Source: an uncultured Anaerolineales bacterium
GTDB lineage: Bacteria > Chloroflexota > Anaerolineae > Epilineales > Epilineaceae
Direction of reading: 5' to 3'
Assembly: GCA_964549495.1 (NCBI GenBank)
Contig: CAZJWJ010000001.1
Location: 3,020 to 67,019 of the forward strand
DNA: 64,000 nucleotides
The notes under the pieces are model-generated. The model did not search any database and had not been told where the DNA came from. It was given only the letters and a program-made list of their open reading frames with translations. A program made the translations under genes and the position numbers. Positions within the stretch are counted from its first letter, which is position 1, and each line of letters starts with the position of its first letter. This document shows positions 25,554-33,980 of the stretch, one piece after another.

Positions 25554-26261
25554 ATGTCCATCCATCGGCCGGACAAGAGCCTGTTGATTCAAGCCATCGA
25601 CAACATGGCCATCTTGTCTGGCCTTGGGCCCGCTGGGGTGACAGAAGTCGCTACCGCGGCCATCTGGCGCGAGTATCCACAAGGCGACATCGTCCTCCTC
25701 GAAGGAGCTCCCAGTCCCGGACTCTGCCACCTCTACCAGGGCTGGCTAAAGGTCTTTAAGACGTCTGTGGATGGGCGGGAACAGGTGCTACGCCACCTCG
25801 GGCCGGGGGAGACCTTCAATGAGGTGGGTGCGCTATCCCAGGGTCCGAGTCCAGCCTCGGTCATGGCTCTGGAGCCGTCGGGTCTTTGGATCATCCCCCG
25901 CCAAGTCATCCAGCAGACCATCGCTGCCCATCCCGACTTGGCCATGCCCATGCTCGAGAACATGGCCAAACGCATGACCGGTCTGGTCAATCTGGTGGCG
26001 GAGCTCACCCTCCACTCCGTGGAGGTGCGCTTGGCCCGCTTCCTGTTGGACGAGGCCGAGAACGAAGTCATGCATCGGCAGACCTGGGCAACATACGCGG
26101 AGATGGCCTCCCGGCTCGGCACGGTCCCCGATGTTCTCAGCCGGGCATTGCGCAGCCTGGTCGATGCCGAGCTGATCCAGGTCGATCGTCGGGCGATCCA
26201 CATTCTGGATCGAACCGGGTTGGAACGGCGGGCCAAGCGAGGGACGTTCACGACAGCGTGA
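25554..26261 (+). CDS. Crp/Fnr-family transcriptional regulator
   Basis: cNMP-binding fold pattern (GDIVLLEGAPSPGLCHLYQGWLKVFK...GREQVLRHLGPGETFNE) and a C-terminal HTH (TYAEMASRLGTVPDVLSRALRSL). Confidence 0.85.
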   Translation: MSIHRPDKSLLIQAIDNMAILSGLGPAGVTEVATAAIWREYPQGDIVLLEGAPSPGLCHLYQGWLKVFKTSVDGREQVLRHLGPGETFNEVGALSQGPSPASVMALEPSGLWIIPRQVIQQTIAAHPDLAMPMLENMAKRMTGLVNLVAELTLHSVEVRLARFLLDEAENEVMHRQTWATYAEMASRLGTVPDVLSRALRSLVDAELIQVDRRAIHILDRTGLERRAKRGTFTTA

Positions 26262-26465
26262 ACTGGACCGAAGACCGACCGCGCTACGGGTACTGACCCG
26301 ACACGACAAAAGTCGTGGCGAACCCCGAGCAAGATGGTTATCGTGGGCTGGGCTCACGCTGATCGCGCTCCAGGAATACAGCCCACTGTCGTCAGATCCC
26401 GTATCGTGCACCAGACAGGACACATCAGGGATCCCATACGGCCAATCACACAAAGGAAGCACCCG

Positions 26466-27704
26466 ATGGTTAACCCATACCTACTCATGGCCCTACTCTA
26501 CTTGGCCGTGGGCGCCCTGACCGCCCTGGATGCTTCGCTGACCAGCTTCGAATTGCTGGCCTGGATTCCCGGGCTGCGCTGGCTTCGCGTTCACTTCATC
26601 ACCCTGGGGATCCTGACCGAGTTGATCTTCGGTGTCACCCCGGCCTTGGTCGCCCTGTCCCAAGACCGGCAACGACCCAGCATCCGCTGGGACGTCTGGC
26701 TGACGTTGAATGGAGGCATCATCGTCCTGCTGGTCGGCATTCCCATCATCAACCAAGCCATGATCTTGGTGGGTGGTAGCCTGGTGTTCATCGCCACCAC
26801 GCTGCTGACCAGGCAGCTATGGCAGATGCGCCAAACCGATGTCACTGTGCGGTCAGGGCGTGGCGGTCGCAGATTCTATGTCAGCGGTCTCCTGTTCTTG
26901 CTTCTGGGCATCACGATCGGCACCGGTCTGTGGCTGGGCTGGAGCGCCCCCCTGCGCATCCAGGTGCCCCTGGAAGCCCACATCCACGCCAATAACTGGG
27001 GCTTCATGTCCTTGGTCTTCGCCGGGCTGCTGATCGATGTTCTGCCCGGTTTGACCGGGCGCAACCTGGCATCGTCGCGCACGGTCAGCAGGATTTTCTG
27101 GGGGATGAGCGTCGGGGCCTTGTTCCTGGTCATCGGGCCTTGGCTGGGCGGGAATCTCTGGTTCACCGTGCCGGGACTGCTCATGCACTTGGCGGCCACC
27201 CTGGCTCTGCTGGTTCAGACCATCCGCTGCCTGAGAGCCGGCGGACTATTGGACCAGGCAGGAAGCTGGCATCTGATCACCTCCTACCTGTGGATCCTGG
27301 CCCCGGTGATGGTGGCGCCGCTGATCATCCTGGGTGTGCCCGGCTTCCCCGGCCCGGTCATCGAATCCAATGCACCCCAAGCGCTGATCTACGGCTGGGT
27401 GCTGCAATTCGGCATGGCGCTGATCCCCTTCGTTACCCGGCGCACCTTCTTGAAGGATGACGTGCCGCGACTGGGTGGCAGCTGGTTAAGCCTGACCACG
27501 GCCAACCTGGGCAGCTCGTTGATCTGGGCCGGCATCTTCCTCACTGGACGGACCGGTCTTCTGCATGGACTGGCCTACAGCCTCTTTGCCGTCGCCATGT
27601 TGGCCGTCCTATGGGAGCTGGCCGGCTTGGTGCGGCAGGCCTTACAGCGACTCGAGGCATTCGAGGAGACGATCGAGTATCGCGCGGAAATGCCCCCACC
27701 GTGA
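26466..27704 (+). CDS. 12-TM membrane protein built from three copies of a 4-TM His-containing module (function unknown)
   Basis: ATG 26466. About 412 aa and very hydrophobic. There are three internal repeats of the module found in the two small genes at 27716-28534 (for example VHFITLGILTELIFGV, HIHANNWGFMSLVFAGL, ALIYGWVLQFGMAL). Confidence 0.7.
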   Translation: MVNPYLLMALLYLAVGALTALDASLTSFELLAWIPGLRWLRVHFITLGILTELIFGVTPALVALSQDRQRPSIRWDVWLTLNGGIIVLLVGIPIINQAMILVGGSLVFIATTLLTRQLWQMRQTDVTVRSGRGGRRFYVSGLLFLLLGITIGTGLWLGWSAPLRIQVPLEAHIHANNWGFMSLVFAGLLIDVLPGLTGRNLASSRTVSRIFWGMSVGALFLVIGPWLGGNLWFTVPGLLMHLAATLALLVQTIRCLRAGGLLDQAGSWHLITSYLWILAPVMVAPLIILGVPGFPGPVIESNAPQALIYGWVLQFGMALIPFVTRRTFLKDDVPRLGGSWLSLTTANLGSSLIWAGIFLTGRTGLLHGLAYSLFAVAMLAVLWELAGLVRQALQRLEAFEETIEYRAEMPPP

Positions 27705-27715
27705 CCACTACGGAG

Positions 27716-28123
27716 TCAGCTCCTTGCGGCGCGGATCCGTGGCCATAGCGTAGAGACGAAGACGCCGACCCCGAGGAGCTCCAGGACCCGCCCTGCCATC
27801 GAAAGTTCGCCCCCTCCAGCCACGAGGGGTGCCGCTCCCACCATGATGATGCCCGCGTTCAGCAGCAACAAGGAGCCGATCACAAGCACTGGAGGGCCAC
27901 GCCTGGGTTTCTTGCTGCGCCGCGGAAGGATCCAGTACGCAACCCCTAACGCCAGTTGGATGATCCATCCGACCAAGAGGAACTCCATGTGAGCGGGCAA
28001 CAGCACCCACAGGAACGGACTCGACGGAGCCCCCTTGTGCCATAGCAGCAAGGCACCGATCCCGAACCCCGCGCAGAAATACAGGAGTGCCGCGCGAATC
28101 ACCCAGATGCTGATGACGGGCAT
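27716..28123 (-). CDS. Small 4-TM membrane protein, single module (paralogue B)
   Basis: 135 aa, starting directly after the stop of the upstream paralogue with no gap. Motif AHMEFLLVGWIIQLALGVAYWILP. Confidence 0.65.
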   Translation of the reverse strand: MPVISIWVIRAALLYFCAGFGIGALLLWHKGAPSSPFLWVLLPAHMEFLLVGWIIQLALGVAYWILPRRSKKPRRGPPVLVIGSLLLLNAGIIMVGAAPLVAGGGELSMAGRVLELLGVGVFVSTLWPRIRAARS

Positions 28124-28534
28124 CTACCGAGCCCGCACCCGGGGCCAGACGTTCAGGGTAATCGACAGGGCTGCGATCAGTTGACAGAGCGCGGATAGCG
28201 CAAGCATTTGGCCCCATCCTGACCCCTGCGCCCACGCCTGCATCGGTTCGGCAACCGCCCGCATGATCAGGCCGGCGTTGAGTAGGAAAAAGGCCAGCCA
28301 GGAGAGCCACTCCCTGCCATAGGGCTGGTCTTTCGAGAACTTCGGGAACATCCAGAGCATGACCGCCACGATGAGCTGGGTGACCCACCCCACCACCAGG
28401 AGGTGCGTGCGCACGGGTCGGCTCGCGATGATGATCGGTGCATCCGCCAGCGATGTCGCGGCCGCATTCGCTGCCAGGCCCACCAAGAGATAAACCAATC
28501 CCGCCCTGGCAAACCAACGGGATATGCGCGGCAA
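28124..28534 (-). CDS. Small 4-TM membrane protein, single module (paralogue A)
   Basis: 136 aa. Motif THLLVVGWVTQLIVAVMLWMFP. It is collinear with paralogue B and with each third of the 26466..27704 protein. Confidence 0.65.
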   Translation of the reverse strand: MPRISRWFARAGLVYLLVGLAANAAATSLADAPIIIASRPVRTHLLVVGWVTQLIVAVMLWMFPKFSKDQPYGREWLSWLAFFLLNAGLIMRAVAEPMQAWAQGSGWGQMLALSALCQLIAALSITLNVWPRVRAR

Positions 28535-28683
28535 AGGAGGTACCTCCGGTCGCGATCAGGGAATCCGGTGACTGGATGCGCTCTCGGCAGCCGACGATCC
28601 GGCCCGAGTTGCCATCGCTCGAATGAAGCCGACCGAATCGAGGATCCACACCACGAGACGAACGGCACGACCACGACTCCAAC

Positions 28684-29046
28684 TCACGGTGAACGCACCC
28701 CAGGTCGGGTTGATGGGGCTTCATGCAGGAGCGCCACGAAGACCAGTCCATCTTCGAGAGCCCGAACGGAGTGGGCTTCACCAGGCTCGAAGGTGAGGAG
28801 TGCGTTTGGGCCGAACTCGCGCTCCTTCCCATCCGGACCAGCGAACATGCCCCTGCCCGTGAGCACGATCAAGTACACCGGTGAGTCCGGGGCTCGATGT
28901 TCTCGGACGACCTGTCCAGGTCGCAATGTGAATCGTAACACCCGGCCCGTTTCGTTGACGAGCAGGGGCTCCGCACTCGGATTGTGATCATGGAACTCGA
29001 GGTCTTCGAGTAGCTGAAACGTCTTCAAGTCGCCCTCCTTCGTCAT
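28684..29046 (-). CDS. Cupin-domain protein
   Basis: 120 aa with cupin motifs (REHRAPDSPVYLIVLTGRG ... FEPGEAHSVRA). Confidence 0.75.
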   Translation of the reverse strand: MTKEGDLKTFQLLEDLEFHDHNPSAEPLLVNETGRVLRFTLRPGQVVREHRAPDSPVYLIVLTGRGMFAGPDGKEREFGPNALLTFEPGEAHSVRALEDGLVFVALLHEAPSTRPGVRSP

Positions 29047-29142
29047 CGAACCTTGCGCACGGGTTCCGTCGAACTACGATGCTTTGTTCGGGCCGTATCG
29101 ACCATCATCCGTCGACTCGCTCGCCTTGTCCGGATGCGCGGC

Positions 29143-29847
29143 TCATGGCGCCGATGAGGCGCCGGCGGCTTCGACTTCGCTGGCGGACCCCCATTGCGGG
29201 AAGAGCACGTTGTTCTCCAGATGGATGTGAAGATGCAGGGACCGCTCCAAGGCCTCCAGCCCATGCCAGAGCGCACGCCAGGTATTGCAGGCCCCCTCGG
29301 GGACGCGGTAGTCGTCGGTGAGCTCGCGCAGCGTGGCGAGCGCTCGGCCGGCTTCACTGTGATCATCGATGAAGATGGAGACCGGCACACCGCCGCTGTC
29401 GCCACGCTGCAGAATCATGGGAAAGAGGAGTTCCTCTTCCCGCGCCATGTGGTCCTCGAGCTCGGCCTCGAGCCGGAGGAATGTCTGCAAGAGGCTGCCA
29501 AGTCGCTCCGGATCCTTGTCGCCGTGCACACGAGCCACCTTTCGGGCCATCGACTCGAGGCGAGGAAGCTCCTCCCGAAGGGGTACATGGTAGGCGTGAA
29601 CGATATGGCGAATGAGATCGGCAGCGGGCACCGCGTCCCATCGCTCTAGCTCGGGATCACCGACCGACAGGGCCTGCTCGATCTCGCCGAGCACCTCGGG
29701 CGTCGACAGACCCTGCCGTTCACACGCATCCTGCAACGCGACGCCACCTTGGCAACAGAAGTCGATACCGTGCCGAGAGAAGACCTGCGTGGCCATGGGG
29801 TGACGGGTGGCGATCTCGCCAACCTTGTCACTTGACGTGATGTTCAT
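29143..29847 (-). CDS. ytfE: Iron-sulfur cluster repair di-iron protein (RIC; YtfE/ScdA family)
   Basis: N-terminal ScdA_N signature (ATRHPMATQVFSRHGIDFCCQGG). Hemerythrin-like His/Glu motifs are present (HVPLREE, HGDKDPE, HMAREEELLFP, HIHLENNVLFP). ATGA overlap with the upstream regulator gene. Confidence 0.9.
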   Translation of the reverse strand: MNITSSDKVGEIATRHPMATQVFSRHGIDFCCQGGVALQDACERQGLSTPEVLGEIEQALSVGDPELERWDAVPAADLIRHIVHAYHVPLREELPRLESMARKVARVHGDKDPERLGSLLQTFLRLEAELEDHMAREEELLFPMILQRGDSGGVPVSIFIDDHSEAGRALATLRELTDDYRVPEGACNTWRALWHGLEALERSLHLHIHLENNVLFPQWGSASEVEAAGASSAP

Positions 29848-30647
29848 GAGAATGATCTCCGGCCCTGCTCGGGCGATTGGGCGGAACGTGAGGCCGGAGC
29901 ATCAGGCTCCTGGCTCTCCGCCGTCGGTTCTCCGATGGAGTAGCTACATCTGTTGGCGCCGTCCGGCATGAAGGTCTGTCGCTGGAGTGGCTCGCCGAGC
30001 AGCTCACCGACCAGGTTCAATTCGGCACGGCAAGGCAAATGTGACACCGCGACGACATCCCGCAACGGGCAGTGGCAGAGACGGAGTCTCCGGCCCGAGG
30101 ATGTCGCCTCGATTTCGGCCATGAATCCCTCCTCAGAGAGCATCCGAGCCACCATCTCCATGCGCTCGATCCCGCTAAGGCCCTCGACCTGATGCAGGAG
30201 CTGCTTCCGCTTGCGCTGAAGTCGGGTCTCGAAGAAGCGCTCCAGAAGCTGGTGGTTTCCGGTGTCTTGCAGGAAGCTGGCCAGCTCCCGGAGCAGCTCG
30301 CCTTCCCTGCGTGGGAAGAGGTCTTGTCCCGAACGGGAGAGGCGGTAGACGACTCGAGGCCGCCCGCGCCCTTGTCGACGAAGCCCAGCCCGCTCCACCA
30401 GATCCTTGGCCTCGAGCGCCTTGAGGTGATCCCGCAGTGTTTCCGTCGCCAAGTCCAACTCGGCCTCGAGGTCGGCCAGTGTTGCCTCGCCGCTGCGAAG
30501 CAGCCCTTCGAGAATCGACTTCTGGCTCTCCCCCAGACCTGGGCTCGAGATGGATTCGGGCATCGTGATGGGTTCGAGGGTCATGATCAGTGGGTGCTCC
30601 TCGCCTCGTACCGTAGTCGCGTCCAATACCCTTGTCAAGTTTCTCAT
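29844..30647 (-). CDS. SufR-like winged-helix regulator with a C-terminal Cys cluster
   Basis: The wHTH pattern is SILEGLLRSGEATLADLEAELDLATETLRDHLKALEAKDLVER...GRGRPRVVYRLSRSG. The C-terminal cluster is LCHCPLRDVVAVSHLPC...ANRCSY. The real start may be an internal Met (30584 or 30563). Confidence 0.65.
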   Translation of the reverse strand: MRNLTRVLDATTVRGEEHPLIMTLEPITMPESISSPGLGESQKSILEGLLRSGEATLADLEAELDLATETLRDHLKALEAKDLVERAGLRRQGRGRPRVVYRLSRSGQDLFPRREGELLRELASFLQDTGNHQLLERFFETRLQRKRKQLLHQVEGLSGIERMEMVARMLSEEGFMAEIEATSSGRRLRLCHCPLRDVVAVSHLPCRAELNLVGELLGEPLQRQTFMPDGANRCSYSIGEPTAESQEPDAPASRSAQSPEQGRRSFS

Positions 30648-30710
30648 GGTGTTTTACACTTTTAAACCTTGCGCCGGACCCGCCAGCGATCCGCAGCAGG
30701 AGAGGTCACG

Positions 30711-31493
30711 ATGGACATTCGCGCCCTGAACGAACGCGCCAAGGAGCTGCGCTGCCTCTACGCGATCGACGCGATCATCGCCGATCGCGGCCAGACGCCG
30801 GCCAGCGTCTTTCACCGCGTGCTCGAAGCGATCCCCGCGGGTTGGCAGCATCCGGAGTCGACCGGCGCCACGATCATCTATCTCGGACGACGCTACGTCG
30901 GTTCGAACTACGCATCCGATGGGGAGCACTTACAGGAGCCGATCTCGCTCTGGGGCACCGATGTGGGGACGATCACCGTCAGCGACAAGCGTGACGCGGC
31001 GGTGCGGAACCATCAACCGTTCTTGCCGGAGGAGTCGGAGCTTCTGCATCGAATCGCGGCACGGCTCGGAGAGTACCTAGAGTGGAAGCACACGGAGTTG
31101 CTCGCGGAGCGAACGCCGTCGACCAGGAATCACTGGGCCTGGCGCCAGCGCTTTGCCGAAGCGCTGGCCGATGCGCTGGATCCAACCAGATTCGGCATCG
31201 CCCAGGTCTTCATCGGAGGCAGCACGGCACGAGGAGATGCCGGGCCGGCTAGCGATGTCGATCTCTACGTCCGGTTCCATGGATCGACCGAGCAGAAGTC
31301 GGAACTGCGCGCATGGCTAGAAGGCTGGAGCCTATGCATGGCGCAGGTTGCCCTCCAGCAGACGGGCCAACCCTTTCCGGGCGGAATGCTGAACGTTCAG
31401 TGGCTAGATGGCGAGCCGAGCCCTTGGCAGAAAAGCGAGCTCTTGGAGCTGAAGATGGGCCCTCAGCCTAACCGCGCTCAGCACCCGGTCTAG
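30711..31493 (+). CDS. Sensor-like N-terminal domain fused to a Pol-beta-superfamily nucleotidyltransferase domain
   Basis: AGGAGAGG precedes ATG 30711. The N-terminus (NERAKELRCLYAIDAII...IPAGWQHPE...QPFLPEESELLHRIAARL) resembles an input domain seen in signalling proteins. The C-terminus has the NTase GS-x9-DxD motif (GGSTARGDAGPASDVDLYV). Confidence 0.6.
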   Translation: MDIRALNERAKELRCLYAIDAIIADRGQTPASVFHRVLEAIPAGWQHPESTGATIIYLGRRYVGSNYASDGEHLQEPISLWGTDVGTITVSDKRDAAVRNHQPFLPEESELLHRIAARLGEYLEWKHTELLAERTPSTRNHWAWRQRFAEALADALDPTRFGIAQVFIGGSTARGDAGPASDVDLYVRFHGSTEQKSELRAWLEGWSLCMAQVALQQTGQPFPGGMLNVQWLDGEPSPWQKSELLELKMGPQPNRAQHPV

Positions 31494-31574
31494 GCCGAGC
31501 GGAACCGGGCGAAGATCGACCACTCGGGGCCGAGGTCCGGTCCCATCGGCTGCACGAGAGGTGCGCCGCCCGGT

Positions 31575-33881
31575 TTAGGGCTCAGCACGCTCCGCGCGAA
31601 GCGCCAACCACGGTAAGTGCGTCGTATACACCGGCGCCGGCTCCGTCGTGAAGGACCAGGGGTTCGGGATCGGCCCGGGTGCCAGCTCCGCGCCGGTCTC
31701 GTCGCTGGCCTCGATGGTCAGCGTGTAGCGGGTGCCGTAGTCGAATGGACGGGCGTGGCGCAGCGTGAGGCTCTGGCGGTCCGCGGACCAGGAGGGCTCG
31801 AAGAAGCCGCCCGGCACCGGCGGGTCGCTGGTCACGACAAGGCTGGTGGGCTCCATTGGCTTATCGAAACGGGCCAGGACGATGCTGGTGGGGACCACGT
31901 CGATGGCGGCGTCGGGCGGGGAGGTCAGGACTAGGTGGGGGGGCTGGCTGACCAGGAGCTCGGCGCGGCGCAGGTAGCGCCGGCCGGTGTCGTCTCGTAG
32001 CAGCGACCGGACGGTGTAGCTGCCCTCCTCGGCCGTCGCGGCCACCCGGGCGCTCAGGCGCAGGGTGACCGACTGGCCGGCCGTCAGCGCGCCGGTCCAC
32101 AGGGCCTGGCGCGCGCCGGGCTGCCAGATGGCCGTGCCGCTGCCGCCGGTGGCCGTCAGGCTGCCCTCGATGTAATCGACGCCCGGCGGCAGGACTAGGC
32201 TGGCCTCGCTATCTCCGGCATCCAGCGGGCCGCGGTTGACGATCTGCAGGGTCACCGACAGGGCTTGGCCGGAGACCACGTGGTCGGGGCTCAACTGGAT
32301 CTGCGAAGGCACCAGGTCGAAGGGCGGGTCCTCGGCCGGCACTCGGGCCACGAAGACCTGCTGGCGGTTGTCCGGGTTCTGGCCCAGGTTGGCCGTCGAG
32401 GGAAAGAAGGGGTAGTCGAAGTCCGGTGTGCCGGCCAGCCCGATGTAGTCGCCGATGAAGCCGGTCGTGTCGTTGACCATCGGCAGATTGATGCTCGGGT
32501 CCCAGCTCTGGGCGCTGACGCGGCGGTTGGCACCCCAGCTCTCGCCGCCGTCGTAGGAGCGGCTCAGGTAGGTATCGATGCAGAAGTTGGTGCGGCCGAC
32601 GTGATCCTCGGGGATCCACGCGAAGGCCGGGCAGGGCACGCGCCGGTCCAGCCAGGCCACCGCCACCCGGCCGTCGGGCGCCACGGACACCTGGGGTTGG
32701 AACTGATCGGCGCCGCCGGCCAGTGGGTCGTCGTTCAGGCGCAGGGGCGGATCCCAGCTCTCACCCCCGTCGGTCGAACGGGTCAGGAGGATGTCGGCAT
32801 CGCCGGTGGCGTAGTCGGCCCAGGTCACGAAGATCCGGCCATCGACCGGGCTGACGGCCATCGCCGGCAGCGAGGCCGGCGTGCGGAAGACGCTGCCCGG
32901 CAGCTGGAAGGGCACGCTGGTCGTCGCGGCGATGTCGCGGGGCGCGCTGAAGCTCTCGCCGCCGTCGGTCGAGAGCACGTGGCGGATGCTGCCGCGCACC
33001 GCCGAGCCGAAGATCTGCTGGCCGTAGACCACGTGCACCGTGCCGTCGGGGCCGGCGGCCACCACGGAGCCCTGCAAGGGACCGCGATCCAGCTCCAGGG
33101 GCGGCTGGCTCCAGGTGGCGTTGCGGTTGGTCGAACGGCTGAAGACGATGCGGGTGGGCAGGCCATCGCCGCCCACGGCGGTCCAGCTCATGTAGAGGTT
33201 GCCGGCATGCGGGCTGCTGCCGGCCGGGTTCATGTCGGCCGCGATCCACTGCTTGTCGGTATTGGTGCTGCGATCCACCGGCACCGGTAGGCCCCAGTCC
33301 TCGCCGCGCCGCTTGCGCATCATGTCCAGGCCTGTCGGGCCGCGGGTCAGCAGGGTGAAGTAGCCGCTGCCCTCATCGTCGAAGGCGTTCACCGGGTCGC
33401 TGGTCAAGCTGTAGACCTCGATGCCCTCCGGTTGCAGCTGCTCCCAGCTCAGCCCGCCGTCGAAGCTCTCGAAGACCCCCGTGTAGAAGCCATAGCGCTC
33501 GGGCGCGAAGAAGAACTTGGAGCTGCCCAGCAGGTGATCCGGATCGACCGGGCTGGCCGCCAGGTGCACCTCGCTGAAGTCGGTCACCGGGCGGGTGGAC
33601 CCCTCGGTGTCGCCATCCCGGCTGACCTGGATGTTCTCGGGGATGGTGTCCGGGCCCTGATCGAGGGCCTGTGGTGCCGGGCCTCGCCGGGCGGGTTCGC
33701 GGAACTGGGCGACCGGGCCCGGGCGCAGGCTCCCGATCTCGGCCGACCGGGCCGGCACGACCGGAGTCTGGGGCTCGAGCGGGGCGGCGACCACCACCGC
33801 GCCGAGCAGGGTCGAGGTCAAGCTAACACCGACGAGCAGCGGGGCGAGTCGGCGGCGTCGGCGATCGGTCGAAGCGCGCAT
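31575..33881 (-). CDS. Secreted BNR/Asp-box (sialidase-fold-like) protein with C-terminal DUF11-like and Ig-like domains
   Basis: ATG at 33881 gives a signal peptide (MRASTDRRRRRLAPLLVGVSLTSTLLGAVVVAA). Asp-boxes are SFDGGLSWE, STDGGESFS, STDGGESWD and SYDGGESWG. The 1203-aa track ORF is an artefactual upstream extension, antisense to fmdB/fdhD. Confidence 0.7.
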   Translation of the reverse strand: MRASTDRRRRRLAPLLVGVSLTSTLLGAVVVAAPLEPQTPVVPARSAEIGSLRPGPVAQFREPARRGPAPQALDQGPDTIPENIQVSRDGDTEGSTRPVTDFSEVHLAASPVDPDHLLGSSKFFFAPERYGFYTGVFESFDGGLSWEQLQPEGIEVYSLTSDPVNAFDDEGSGYFTLLTRGPTGLDMMRKRRGEDWGLPVPVDRSTNTDKQWIAADMNPAGSSPHAGNLYMSWTAVGGDGLPTRIVFSRSTNRNATWSQPPLELDRGPLQGSVVAAGPDGTVHVVYGQQIFGSAVRGSIRHVLSTDGGESFSAPRDIAATTSVPFQLPGSVFRTPASLPAMAVSPVDGRIFVTWADYATGDADILLTRSTDGGESWDPPLRLNDDPLAGGADQFQPQVSVAPDGRVAVAWLDRRVPCPAFAWIPEDHVGRTNFCIDTYLSRSYDGGESWGANRRVSAQSWDPSINLPMVNDTTGFIGDYIGLAGTPDFDYPFFPSTANLGQNPDNRQQVFVARVPAEDPPFDLVPSQIQLSPDHVVSGQALSVTLQIVNRGPLDAGDSEASLVLPPGVDYIEGSLTATGGSGTAIWQPGARQALWTGALTAGQSVTLRLSARVAATAEEGSYTVRSLLRDDTGRRYLRRAELLVSQPPHLVLTSPPDAAIDVVPTSIVLARFDKPMEPTSLVVTSDPPVPGGFFEPSWSADRQSLTLRHARPFDYGTRYTLTIEASDETGAELAPGPIPNPWSFTTEPAPVYTTHLPWLALRAERAEP

Positions 33882-33980
33882 GGCTGGGGCATCCTGGGCT
33901 GCTGCTGCGTGGACGCAGCACGGGGGTGGCGGGGCCGGCGCCGAGGGTCGATCGGGCCACGAATATGCTACCATCGAGCC

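Noticed and set aside
26298-26320. Imperfect palindrome CCGACACGAC-AAAA-GTCGTGGCG downstream of the Crp/Fnr gene
   Set aside because: It has one mismatch, no U-tract (so it is not a convincing terminator) and no resemblance to the TTGAT-n4-ATCAA FNR box. Noted only.
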